From contig CAVSCK010000003.1 of assembly GCA_963726455.1 (NCBI GenBank), positions 480,001 through 544,000 on the forward strand: a DNA stretch of 64,000 nt. The letters are read 5' to 3'. Below, in pieces: positions 9,832 to 19,785 of this stretch. A program made the translations under genes and the position numbers. Each line of letters starts with the position of its first letter. Positions within the stretch are counted from its first letter, which is position 1. A model generated the notes under the pieces. It saw only the letters and a program-made list of their open reading frames with translations. It did no database searches and had not been told where the DNA came from. The stretch comes from an uncultured bacterium (GTDB lineage: Bacteria; Zixibacteria; MSB-5A5; CAIYYT01).

Positions 9832-9920
9832 GCCAACGCTGAATGACTAGTTCATGCTGTGAGCCAAAGAGATAGCCCGTTCTTGAGGTCACCGCTTCTG
9901 ACATAATGTGAGCCGCCGTG

Positions 9921-9937
9921 GGGTATCATATATCCAG
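9921..9937 (-). promoter_or_regulatory. Candidate upstream activator (enhancer) site CTGG-N8-TACCC
   Basis: Minus strand CTGGATATATGATACCC, about 90 bp upstream of the -24 box; same motif occurs twice at 19550-19598. Confidence 0.4.
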
Positions 9938-10188
9938 CCGAAGAACTTCGGTAACCATCTGATCACCGGCAAATGCCGAAAAGACAGGCATTTTCAAACT
10001 TGTATTGCGGCGGGCTCTGCTCTATCTTCAGAGCGACATCAATTCGACAATCAAGGTGACGGGATGGCGATTGCGTACGGGAAAGTCCCTTGGTAACAGC
10101 TAATTTGGGGTGTGACAAAGTTCTTAGGAAAAGGTGTTACGACTTGGCGTCAAGTTGTCTCTGAAATCACGCTCAGCGGAGGTACCGA

Positions 10189-12012
10189 ATGAAATTGCCA
10201 TCGATACAGCAGGTCTGGCTTGAGGCCGGTCGAACGGCAAAAAGATTCCCATTGGTGCTAATCGCGACCACGATTGGAACGATTGCCGCTCTAATTTTGG
10301 TCGATCACGATTATTCCAAGGAAGGCACCTTTTTGAATGGAGTTCTACTCGCATCAGCCCTCGGTGCGATGTTATTGACCGGCGCGGTGCTGGTAGGAGA
10401 AAAGGGCCGACGCGGCAAACTCATTTTCTGGGCGATGCAAATCCTAAGTATCCTGCTGCTGGTCGGATATGCTTTCACAATCCCATTGAAACTTGTTGGA
10501 GCGCCACTTTTTCACGTTGTGCAGTTTCAGCTCTTCTGTTTTGCGCTGGCGCTGCTGGTGTCTGTCGGGCCGTTCCGCTCACCCGGTGAATTGAATGGAT
10601 TCTGGCAATATAACAAGACACTGGTCTTCAGAATTCTAACGTCACTACTTTTCGCGGGTGTCCTGTATGCCGGCCTTGCCATAGCGCTGGCGGCGCTGGA
10701 CCATCTGTTCGGCGTTGATATAGCCGGGAAGCGGTACTTCGAACTGTGGGTATTGATTGCAGGTATATTTGCTCCCTGGTTCTTTCTCGCCGGAGTACCC
10801 GAGGATCTGGATGCTTTAGAAAGCGTCAGTGAGTACTCCAAGGGTATAAAGGTATTCGCGCAATATATCCTCTCCCCGATCGCCCTGGTCTATTTCGTTA
10901 TTCTCTATGCCTACATCGTGAAGATTCTGCTCGAATGGAACTGGCCCAAGGGTTGGGTTGCAGAACTAATCCTTGGCTTCGCCGCTGTCGGTCTGTCGAC
11001 GTTAGTGCTGCTGTATCCGGTTCGCGAGCGGCCGGAGAACAAGTGGATCAGAGTTGCAACGCGCTGGTTCTTCCGGCTGATGATCCCGTTGATAGTTGTC
11101 TTGATCCTTGCGGTCTGGCGTCGAATCACGGATTACGGAGTTACGGAAGAAAGATATTTCGGTATTGCACTGGCCGTTTGGCTCGCAGTGGTGGTGGTGT
11201 ATTTCCTGGTCAGTAAAGCGAAGAGTATTAAGATTCTGCCCGGGTCAATGTGTATTCTGCTGCTGGTAACGAGCGTCGGGCCGTGGGGTGCCTTTTCCGT
11301 TTCCGAGAACAGCCAGATTGGGAAGCTGCGTATGTTGCTCGAAAGAAACGCCATGCTTGTCAACGAGAAAATCGAAAAGGCGCCCGCGACATTGCCTTCC
11401 GGCGACAAGGAACAGATTTGGTCAATTGTGCATTACCTCAACGGGATGCACGGCCTGGAAGATATTCGTCCCTGGTTCGAGGAAAAGATTGTGCCTGACT
11501 CCACCGGCATCCGTCCCAAGAAATTGTCGACGTCCATCGCGTTCGATCTGATGGGAGTCGAGTATGCCGGAGTCTGGCGAAGTGCCGCTTCGGACCAATT
11601 CATTTTCAATTCCGGATCAGACAACGCGGTGGACGTTGCCGGATTTGACCACTGGATGCCAAGGCAACAATTCGGGTCCAGTCCTGCAAAACCTGCCTCT
11701 CAGGGAAGCGAATTACTTTGGAGGACGAATACCGAACTTGACACGATCATGTTCTTTCTGCGCAAGGATAGCGTCAGTATAGATTCTATAGAGATATCGA
11801 TTCAGCCGCTTATGACAAGCTTGCTGAGCCAGTACGGCAACGCGAATGTCGAGGATGTCCCGCCTGACCAGATGTCAGTCGGCGCCGCAAGTCAAACAAT
11901 GCGCGTCAAGATGTTCGTGAATTCATTTTCCTTTAGAAGAGATGGTGACAAATTGATACCGATCTGGTATTCGGCCAACATCTTCTATTCGGTGGGCAGC
12001 CGGACGGAATGA
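10189..12012 (+). CDS. DUF4153-type integral membrane protein
   Basis: Many TM helices; RFP, WQYN, Y.KGIKVFAQYILSP, ILYAY..KI...WPKG and RRITDYGVTEERY motifs; GGAGG RBS. Confidence 0.8.
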   Translation: MKLPSIQQVWLEAGRTAKRFPLVLIATTIGTIAALILVDHDYSKEGTFLNGVLLASALGAMLLTGAVLVGEKGRRGKLIFWAMQILSILLLVGYAFTIPLKLVGAPLFHVVQFQLFCFALALLVSVGPFRSPGELNGFWQYNKTLVFRILTSLLFAGVLYAGLAIALAALDHLFGVDIAGKRYFELWVLIAGIFAPWFFLAGVPEDLDALESVSEYSKGIKVFAQYILSPIALVYFVILYAYIVKILLEWNWPKGWVAELILGFAAVGLSTLVLLYPVRERPENKWIRVATRWFFRLMIPLIVVLILAVWRRITDYGVTEERYFGIALAVWLAVVVVYFLVSKAKSIKILPGSMCILLLVTSVGPWGAFSVSENSQIGKLRMLLERNAMLVNEKIEKAPATLPSGDKEQIWSIVHYLNGMHGLEDIRPWFEEKIVPDSTGIRPKKLSTSIAFDLMGVEYAGVWRSAASDQFIFNSGSDNAVDVAGFDHWMPRQQFGSSPAKPASQGSELLWRTNTELDTIMFFLRKDSVSIDSIEISIQPLMTSLLSQYGNANVEDVPPDQMSVGAASQTMRVKMFVNSFSFRRDGDKLIPIWYSANIFYSVGSRTE

Positions 12013-12042
12013 AGTCGAAAGGCACAGAATTCGAGTCGTCAA

Positions 12043-14652
12043 ATGCAAGAGGATAATGACAATAAGCAATCCGTAGGCACTCTTTCACCGGGAAGCGACG
12101 TCGGTCATTACCAGGTCATAGACATGATCGGCAAAGGTGGCATGGGAGAAATCTACCTTGCTGACGACCGGCAACTACAACGACAGGTGGTGCTGAAGTT
12201 CCTGCCGGCTCATCTCGCCGTCGACAATGATTGTCGGACGCGCTTCCGGCAGGAAGCACAGGCAGCCGCCAAGCTGAACCACCCTAATATCGTTACCATC
12301 TACGAAGTCGGCGAATACGGAAGTCGGCCGTTTATCGCGATGGAGTATATTCACGGCCGCACTCTGCGTGATATCCTGCTTGAGGGACCAATGGCGCCTG
12401 TGCGTGCCGCCGAAATCATTTGCCAAACGTGTCAGGGATTGCAAGCGGCACATGAAGCCGGAACTGTCCACCGGGATATCAAACCCGCAAACATAATGCT
12501 CGATGACAAAGGCCGAGTGCGTCTGCTTGATTTCGGTCTGGCGAAAGCGTTGTGCTCCGAGCTCCCCAGTCAATCGCAGGCAACCGCCGGTACCGTGAAC
12601 TATCTCGCACCCGAAGTTTTGACTGGCGGAGCAATTACGCCGGCGTCCGACTTGTTTTCGCTCGGTGTGGTGCTGTACCAAATGCTGGCAGGACAACTGC
12701 CCTTTACCGGCGATTATGAAGCTGCCGTCCTTTATGCGATTGTCAACGAAGTGCCGCGAGACGTCCGAGACATAAATCCGCGCATTCCGGAACGCCTCGC
12801 CGCTATAGTCGACCGGCTTCTACAGAAGGATCCGCTCAAGCGATTTCAGTCCGCTCAAGAAGTTAGAGAAGCGTTGAGTTGCCGGTCGGAAGAAACGCAG
12901 AAGGAGATTCCAGTTCAGGTAAAAAGATCGGTTCGTAATCGACTCGTATATTACACCACCGTCACGGTGCTCATAGTGGTCACGAGTATTAGTGTCTGGA
13001 ATTACGCCAATAAGCCACCTGCCGGCGCAACAAGTAAGAAAGTGCTCGCAGTCCTGCCATTTGATAATCTGGGTTCTGCTGACGATGACTATTTTGCAAA
13101 TGGCATGACCGACGCTGTGGCCGCCAATCTGGCGAACTCTGGTGAAATAGCCGTGATTCAACGCGCCGGCACCATGTCATATCGGAAGAGTGTCAAGACT
13201 TCGCAGCAAATCGGGACAGAGCTGGGAGCAAAGTACCTTCTTACCGGAACGATTCAGTGGGACAAGGCAGTCGTGCCCGGCCAAATTCGCATTACCGCCG
13301 GCCTGATCAACGTTGAGCGTGGCAATTATCTCTGGCGACAACAATACGACCGCTCCATTGACCGAGTGTTCTTAGTACAGTCTGATATAGCCAATCAGGT
13401 CACTCGTTCCTTGAAGATCGAAGTACGGAGTGAGGCATCGTCAAGTGTAGCCGCTCAACCCACTGAGAACCTCGAGGCATACGACTATTACCTGAGGGGT
13501 AACGACTACTTCAACCGCAGTTGGGAGTTGAATGACATACGAAGCGCGATCCAGATGTATCAGCGTGCCGTCGAACTTGATTCAACGTTCGCGCTTGCCT
13601 ATGCAATGCTGTCCCGAGGCCACTCCAGTATGTACTGGGAATACTTCGATCATTCCGATCAGCGCCGCGCCACAGCGGAAGAAGCCGTCGCCCGAGCGTT
13701 GACACTTCAGCCCCAACTGGCAGAGGCACACCTGGCCAAAGGATACGTCTCTTATCACTGCTACCTGGATTACAGCGCCGCGCTGCGTGAATTCGACCTG
13801 GCCCTCAAAGGACAGCCGAATAACGCCGACCTCTACAACGCCATCGCGGCGGTGCAGCGTCGACAGGGGTTGCTGCAACAGGCATCGCAGAATTTTGCCA
13901 AGGCGTTGGAGCTGGATCCGCGTTCGCCGTTGCGCGCCTTTGACGTCGGGCTGACATTCGGCATGATGCGCCAATTTACTTCGGCGGACGAGTATCTTGA
14001 TCGCGCCATTTCGCTGGCCCCGGACTGGCCGCTGGCGTACATCTATAAGGCCTGGCTGGCAATATTCGAAAATGGAGACACCGCCCAAGCAGACCAGGTG
14101 CTGGCATCTGCCTCCGGCAAGGCAGATTTGTCGCGCTCGAAATATTATTGGTGGCTGCTGAGAATAATCGAACCGAATACTGAGAGACAACTGACTGAAG
14201 TCAACCTGGGGAGTGATACGGCGGCCTACTATCTTCAAGTCGCCGAAATCAATCGCTTGCTAGGGCAACGTCAGGCCGAAGCTGTCTTTGCTGATTCTGC
14301 CCGGCGGCTGCTCGAACCGCAACTCAAGTATTTCCCCGAAGACGCGCGCGTACACAGCTACCTTGGGCTGGCATACGCCGGCCTTCGACAGAAGGGCAAG
14401 GCGCTGATGCATGGTGGTAAGGCGGTCGAGCTTATCCCGACAACGCGTGAGGCCTTTGACGCGCCTTTCTGGATAATGAATCTTGCCGAATCAGAGGTAA
14501 TCTTCGGCGAAAACGATTCCGCTGTCAAGCACCTGGGAATACTGCTGTCAATTCCCGGCTTTGCGACCAGCACTTACTTGAAGCTGGACCCAATCTGGAA
14601 GCCCCTGCGAGGTAATCCCGGTTTTCAGCAACTGATACAGCCGATCTCATAA
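12043..14652 (+). CDS. Ser/Thr protein kinase with TM, TolB-like domain and TPR repeats
   Basis: GKGGMGEIY, HRDIKPANI, DFGLAK and YLAPE; one TM; LAVLPFDNLG TolB-N-like motif; EAYDYYLRG followed by TPRs. Confidence 0.93.
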   Translation: MQEDNDNKQSVGTLSPGSDVGHYQVIDMIGKGGMGEIYLADDRQLQRQVVLKFLPAHLAVDNDCRTRFRQEAQAAAKLNHPNIVTIYEVGEYGSRPFIAMEYIHGRTLRDILLEGPMAPVRAAEIICQTCQGLQAAHEAGTVHRDIKPANIMLDDKGRVRLLDFGLAKALCSELPSQSQATAGTVNYLAPEVLTGGAITPASDLFSLGVVLYQMLAGQLPFTGDYEAAVLYAIVNEVPRDVRDINPRIPERLAAIVDRLLQKDPLKRFQSAQEVREALSCRSEETQKEIPVQVKRSVRNRLVYYTTVTVLIVVTSISVWNYANKPPAGATSKKVLAVLPFDNLGSADDDYFANGMTDAVAANLANSGEIAVIQRAGTMSYRKSVKTSQQIGTELGAKYLLTGTIQWDKAVVPGQIRITAGLINVERGNYLWRQQYDRSIDRVFLVQSDIANQVTRSLKIEVRSEASSSVAAQPTENLEAYDYYLRGNDYFNRSWELNDIRSAIQMYQRAVELDSTFALAYAMLSRGHSSMYWEYFDHSDQRRATAEEAVARALTLQPQLAEAHLAKGYVSYHCYLDYSAALREFDLALKGQPNNADLYNAIAAVQRRQGLLQQASQNFAKALELDPRSPLRAFDVGLTFGMMRQFTSADEYLDRAISLAPDWPLAYIYKAWLAIFENGDTAQADQVLASASGKADLSRSKYYWWLLRIIEPNTERQLTEVNLGSDTAAYYLQVAEINRLLGQRQAEAVFADSARRLLEPQLKYFPEDARVHSYLGLAYAGLRQKGKALMHGGKAVELIPTTREAFDAPFWIMNLAESEVIFGENDSAVKHLGILLSIPGFATSTYLKLDPIWKPLRGNPGFQQLIQPIS

Positions 14653-14772
14653 TTCCACATTCGTGTGCCAAGCCATAGCGTCGGAAGAGGAGTACGTTTG
14701 TATTCCAAATAGACTCACCTTATATTGCGGTGGTTATGAAGCTTCGGAGACTCTCATCGACAAGGCGCCGCA

Positions 14773-16257
14773 TTGACTAGATCGCTACCCAGGAAGATCC
14801 TCAGATATTCTGGCTGGAGCTTGCTGGCTCTCGTCGTGCTGTATCTCGCGCTCCTAATTCCCGCAACTCAACCTCCGCCAGTTGCACCCGGTCAACGTGA
14901 GCCGTTCGCCTGGAATCAAGACAATTACTGGACACTGCTCGAAAGCAAGTTCCGACAGGCACGGGAAATCGGTTGCTCCCAGCAGGCAGATCAGATAAGA
15001 GCGGACCTTGACGGTTTGCGGAGCGTGATTGATTCGCTCGCGGTCGGCAATCTGACTCCTGATGCGCCGATATTCACGGAAATTGAGTATCGGATGTTCA
15101 ACCTTGGAGCTCTCGTGGGCGCCTGCCCGGAGCAACTGCCCACTTATCAGAAACTCTACGATCGGATGCGCGAAACTGTCAAGGATCAGTCACAGCATTG
15201 GGACATGAACTCGACGGCGGCGCGAAGACGACTCTATCGCTTGCTCTATGGCGGGCGCACAGCCATCGAAGAAATCATGATGCAGTCGCCCCCTGATTCG
15301 GTACCGGCTCTGACCCTTGCGCACGACGAGCCATCGCAGACGCCCGCAGCTCAGATACTGGGCGTTACCATTCATTCTGGGGACATTCTCGTATCGCGAG
15401 GCGGCGCACCGACGTCGGCTCTCATTGCGCGCGGAAATGATTTTCCCGGAAATTTCTCGCATGTGGCCCTTGTGCATGTCGACGAGAACACGGGCCAAGT
15501 TTCCATAATCGAATCGCATATTGAGAAGGGTGTCGCGGTCGCAACCCTGGATCAGTACTTGAAGGACACGAAGCTGCGGGTGATGGTGCTTAGACTGCGG
15601 GCAAATTTGCCGGCATTAGTGGCGGATCCGCTCTTGCCACATAAGGCAGCGTCGGCGGAATTGGCCAGGGCTCTTCGTGAGCACGTGCCGTACGATTTTG
15701 CCATGGACTTTCGTGATACAACGACGCTGTTCTGCTCTGAGGTAGCGTCGGAAGCATATGCGAGGGTCGGCATCAAGCTGTGGATGGGGCTTTCAAACAT
15801 CTCCGGCAAAGGAATCAAGTCGTGGCTGTCGGCATTTGGGGTGCGGCATTTTGAGACTCAGGAACCGTCAGACTTGGAATATGATCCACAGTTGCGCGTG
15901 GTTGCCGAGTGGCGCGATCCGGAGACATTGTTCAAGGATCGCGTCGACAATGCGATAATCGACGTCATGCTGGAACAGGCGGACAGCGGCAAGGTACTCA
16001 GTTATAATCTATACATGTTGCCGGTAGCGAGAGTGCTGAAGGCATATAGTTCATTGCTCAATCTATTCGATGGTATCGGCCCAATCCCAGAAGGTATGGA
16101 CGCCGCTGCCGCGCTTAAGAATGACTTGTTTACGAAGACCCACAACGCCGTAAAGGCACGGGTACTGGTTCTGGTGGAAGAATTCCGGAAGTCAAACGGA
16201 TACACGCCACCTTACTGGGAGTTGGTGAAGCTGGCGAGGATCGCAGCGACGAACTAA
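14773..16257 (+). CDS. Permuted papain-like NlpC/P60 (YiiX/YebB-like) amidase
   Basis: SGDILVSRG, FSHVALV, IES and PYDF...LFCSEV (His before Cys); N-terminal membrane anchor. Confidence 0.82.
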   Translation: MTRSLPRKILRYSGWSLLALVVLYLALLIPATQPPPVAPGQREPFAWNQDNYWTLLESKFRQAREIGCSQQADQIRADLDGLRSVIDSLAVGNLTPDAPIFTEIEYRMFNLGALVGACPEQLPTYQKLYDRMRETVKDQSQHWDMNSTAARRRLYRLLYGGRTAIEEIMMQSPPDSVPALTLAHDEPSQTPAAQILGVTIHSGDILVSRGGAPTSALIARGNDFPGNFSHVALVHVDENTGQVSIIESHIEKGVAVATLDQYLKDTKLRVMVLRLRANLPALVADPLLPHKAASAELARALREHVPYDFAMDFRDTTTLFCSEVASEAYARVGIKLWMGLSNISGKGIKSWLSAFGVRHFETQEPSDLEYDPQLRVVAEWRDPETLFKDRVDNAIIDVMLEQADSGKVLSYNLYMLPVARVLKAYSSLLNLFDGIGPIPEGMDAAAALKNDLFTKTHNAVKARVLVLVEEFRKSNGYTPPYWELVKLARIAATN

Positions 16258-16350
16258 ACCGAACCCGACCGCAACATCTTCGCGTCAGAATTCGGCGCTT
16301 CTGCCGGTCGAGGGCAGAATACCTACATCAATTCATCTTGAACTGAGGGA

Positions 16351-17697
16351 TCATGATCTCGAAACGCACGGCGCCGGACCGCTACTGAATATGTAGTGAA
16401 TCAAGTACACAACATCAGAGATATCAACACTTCCAGTACAGTCGGTATCGCCGATAAGAATATTATCCGGGCCAATGCGACCGCTAAAGACATAGCCAAT
16501 TATGGCCACAGCGTCACCAATGTCGACACTGCCGCTCAAGTCGAAATCACCCGCGACTACAACCTCATGAGGCGGCGCGATAAACTGTCCCGGCTGCAGC
16601 GACCGATGACCTATCACCGCCATCGTCCCTGCCGCAGAGTCCACGACTCCATCAGTATATGACCAATTTACTCTCAAGGGATGATACGTCGTGTCGTACA
16701 GTAGACCCAGAGGTGCAAGCAGATCAGATGCCGGTATGGTGGCACGGATGACATTATCGAAGTAGCCGTCCAATTGCGAAACGACCTCTGACGCAGTCGC
16801 GGGCAGGCCGTTGATAGTGATCGACGACAGGTTGATCTGTGACGCCGAACGGGCGTTGATAAAGTCTCCCAGCACGATTGTGTCTATGACGGGAGTCAGC
16901 GCTTGGAGATAATAGGTATATTGCGGTGACGGCATAATCGACGCCAGTGCTGGATAGGGATAATGTTTCGTGACGACGGTCGGAATACCAATGGTAGTCT
17001 GCTGCCAGGCTGCCGTATCAGTACTCGCGTAAACATAGTTCAGAAACGAATTGGGTCCCAGCTTGGCCGTGTCGAGACTGACAATTCCGGCCGGTACAGA
17101 GGTACAGCGCATGTCGACTGTACCGAAGAGGTTTGTGCCGGGCGGCATCCAGTTGCTCCAGCGCGAGAAGCAAAACGCCGCCGTCGAATCGGGCCAGTGT
17201 GCGAATCTACCGGTGTACAACACGTCCCCGATAGCCACATACCCGGCTCGGTGGAGCGAGTCTGCAATCATCGATCCTCCCGGTTTCCTGATTTTGAACG
17301 ACACCAGGAAGTCACTCACCCAATTGCGATTTACCATAATCACAGGGAGGTTTACCTTCGTGACTCCTGCCGGGAGAGAGGTAGCCGGCATAATCAATGT
17401 GTCACTACTGGTCAACAAGGGATAAGGCGGGTATGGAGGACAGGCGGGCGGAGGAGCCCACCACGTGAAGAAGTAATTGAATAGATATCTTAGGTCTCCC
17501 GTATTGATACCCTGCCGATGATCCACATCACCTCTCCCGGCAGGAATGGGCTGCCTCCCCACAAAATCCTGATACATGTGAATTATGTCGGCAATATCAC
17601 AGGAGTTACTCCCGTCAACATCACAGCAGTTTTGTGCGTCTGCAGGAACAAAAGCAAACATGGTCGTCAAAATCAGAATTAGCAAAGTGCTCTTCAT
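16351..17697 (-). CDS. Secreted protein with dockerin-like domains at both termini
   Basis: Signal peptide; N-terminal CDVDGSNSCDIADI...GDVDHRQGINTGDLRYLFNYFF; C-terminal GDFDLSGSVDIGDAV...GDTDCTGSVDISDVVYLIHYIFSSGPAPC. Confidence 0.85.
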   Translation of the reverse strand: MKSTLLILILTTMFAFVPADAQNCCDVDGSNSCDIADIIHMYQDFVGRQPIPAGRGDVDHRQGINTGDLRYLFNYFFTWWAPPPACPPYPPYPLLTSSDTLIMPATSLPAGVTKVNLPVIMVNRNWVSDFLVSFKIRKPGGSMIADSLHRAGYVAIGDVLYTGRFAHWPDSTAAFCFSRWSNWMPPGTNLFGTVDMRCTSVPAGIVSLDTAKLGPNSFLNYVYASTDTAAWQQTTIGIPTVVTKHYPYPALASIMPSPQYTYYLQALTPVIDTIVLGDFINARSASQINLSSITINGLPATASEVVSQLDGYFDNVIRATIPASDLLAPLGLLYDTTYHPLRVNWSYTDGVVDSAAGTMAVIGHRSLQPGQFIAPPHEVVVAGDFDLSGSVDIGDAVAIIGYVFSGRIGPDNILIGDTDCTGSVDISDVVYLIHYIFSSGPAPCVSRS

Positions 17698-17889
17698 GAA
17701 ACCCTCCGAGTATAGAATTCAAGAAGAAAGGCCGACGACTTTCAGGTCGCCACGAAAGAAGGACTTTTCGAGTTACTACGAATTTTGATGAAATATAGAC
17801 ATTCTACGCTCTCGTGTCAAGTTGAAAATGAGAGAAGGTCGATCAACAAGGCGAGACTTGCCGCGACAAAACCGCCCGGATGCCGGGAT

Positions 17890-19470
17890 TTATTCTTTTC
17901 CCGCATTGATCCCAAAGCGCGCCATCTTTTCTTTGAGCCCTTTGCGAGTCAGGCCGAGGGCGTTTGCCGTTCTGAGGATATTGCCGCTGTTCTCTCTCAA
18001 GGTTCCCGTGATGAGATCGCGCTCGACTTCTTCGACGATGTCGCGCAGCTTCCCGTTCCGGTTTCGCCCGGCCGGTTGCTGGATTGCGGCAGTGCTGATG
18101 ATTTCCGGCGAGAGATCGTTGACGTCGATGACCCCGTCGTCGTGGCTCACAACGGCTGCACGTTCGATTTCATTTTCCAGTTGGCGTACATTGCCTGGCC
18201 AGGAATAGTTGCCCAGTGCTTCCAGCGCCCTGGCCGTAATCGAAAGATACTCGTTGCCGAGTTTGATTCGCAGCTTTTCCAGAAAGTGGTGCACCAACAT
18301 TGGAATGTCGTCGCGGCGTTGGCTCAATGGCGGAAGATCGATGGTGAAGGTATTCAGTCGATAGAAAAGATCAGCACGGAAGTTGCCCCTGGCGATTTCC
18401 TCTTTGAGGTCGCGATTGGTGGCGGAGATGACCCTCACGTTGACATACTCCGTGCGTGCCGATCCGACCGGCCGGGTCTCACCGGATTCAATTACGCGCA
18501 GCACCGCCACCTGAGTCGAGGGAGGCGCTTCCCCTATTTCGTCGAGGAAAATCGTGCCGCCGTCTGCTTCCCGAAACAGGCCCGGTTTGTCTTTGTCGGC
18601 GCCGGTAAATGCGCCTTTGACGTAGCCGAAAAGCTCCGCTTCCAGAAGTGACTCCGTCTTGATGCCGCAATTCTTGACCACGAACGGTTTGCCGCGCCGA
18701 TCGCTATTGTGATGTATCGCCCGCGCCATCAATTCCTTGCCGGTTCCGGTAGCGCCGGCTATCAGCAGTGGTGAGTCATTGCCGGCAACTTTAGAGGCGA
18801 GTGTCAGCACGCTCTTAAGCGCCTGCGACTTCCCGATTATGTTTTCGAAAGAAAAAGTGGCATCCAGTTCTGCTTTAAGACGAATATTTTCCTCATGCAG
18901 TCGCCGCCTCGAAACTTCCAGCAATTCTGCCTTGCGAGAAAGTTCCGTCATGAGTATGGCATTCGATAGAATGTGTGCTGATTGCGAGATGATTATCCCG
19001 GCCAGCCGGCACTGTTCATCGCTAAACGGCCCACGTGCCGCATCACGCACCAGACTGGTTAAACCGATGACCTCTCCACGAACGACCATGGGGCAGCACA
19101 GAATGGATTTGAAGCGGCCATCTTCCGACGACAGGCCGTGAAAGCGTTCGTCGCTGTCCAGATCGTCTACCTTGAGCAAGCGATTGTTCTTGAGAACCCA
19201 GCCCGAAACAAGACTACTGACCTTGTATGGCATCTCACCTGGTTCGGAATGACTGCCGCGGATAACCGTGGTCATGTTGTCGTCCTTTTGCGGCTGCAAG
19301 AGATTGATCACACCTTGGGAGGCCGCAGTCAGACCAATCAACTCGTCGATGATAATCGACATCATGTGGTTGGTCTCGCGTGCCCGACAGACGCGGTCGA
19401 CTACTCGATTGATGCTCTTGAGTTCATCAAGAGCAGACTGCAATCGTTGCAGATCGCTTTCTTCTGCCAT
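17890..19470 (-). CDS. sigma54-dependent transcriptional activator (GAF - AAA+ - Fis HTH)
   Basis: N-terminal GAF; GATGTGKEL, ELFGYVKGAFTGA, FLDEIGE, DLFYRLN and WPGNVRQLEN; C-terminal HTH. Confidence 0.95.
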   Translation of the reverse strand: MAEESDLQRLQSALDELKSINRVVDRVCRARETNHMMSIIIDELIGLTAASQGVINLLQPQKDDNMTTVIRGSHSEPGEMPYKVSSLVSGWVLKNNRLLKVDDLDSDERFHGLSSEDGRFKSILCCPMVVRGEVIGLTSLVRDAARGPFSDEQCRLAGIIISQSAHILSNAILMTELSRKAELLEVSRRRLHEENIRLKAELDATFSFENIIGKSQALKSVLTLASKVAGNDSPLLIAGATGTGKELMARAIHHNSDRRGKPFVVKNCGIKTESLLEAELFGYVKGAFTGADKDKPGLFREADGGTIFLDEIGEAPPSTQVAVLRVIESGETRPVGSARTEYVNVRVISATNRDLKEEIARGNFRADLFYRLNTFTIDLPPLSQRRDDIPMLVHHFLEKLRIKLGNEYLSITARALEALGNYSWPGNVRQLENEIERAAVVSHDDGVIDVNDLSPEIISTAAIQQPAGRNRNGKLRDIVEEVERDLITGTLRENSGNILRTANALGLTRKGLKEKMARFGINAGKE

Positions 19471-19549
19471 CGCCGCCTTCCGAGTAAAAGGTCAATGTTT
19501 CCCGCTCAATATGCACAAACATTGAATCTCAGGTCAAGCGCAATTCCGA

Positions 19550-19598
19550 CTGGCACCCAGGTACCCAGCATCGCATGCCCACTGGCTATCCCCTACCC
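19550..19598 (+). promoter_or_regulatory. Tandem candidate activator-binding sites (CTGG-N8-TACCC x2, 32 bp apart)
   Basis: ctggcacccaggtaccc at 19550-19566 and ctggctatcccctaccc at 19582-19598, between the activator gene and a sigma54 promoter. Confidence 0.5.
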
Positions 19599-19678
19599 AT
19601 TCGCCAGTCGTCTCAACGGCATCCTACTTTGCTCGATACTCGTTGAACAACAACGCACTGAATGTAAGTTCATGAGAT

Positions 19679-19694
19679 TGGCATCGTGGTTGCT
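19679..19694 (+). promoter_or_regulatory. sigma54 (-24/-12) promoter
   Basis: TGGCAT-CGTGG-TTGCT upstream of the 19786 gene and divergent from the sigma54 activator. Confidence 0.8.
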
Positions 19695-19785
19695 TTTCGG
19701 GTTGATATCTGACGATCGGCCCAAGCGTGAGCCGGTCAGGAGAAACAAAAGCACATAGTCGTTCAAACCCACAGAGAGGTGAAAC

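Noticed and set aside
17785-18651. 288 aa plus-strand ORF
   Set aside because: Antisense shadow of the sigma54 activator; no motifs.
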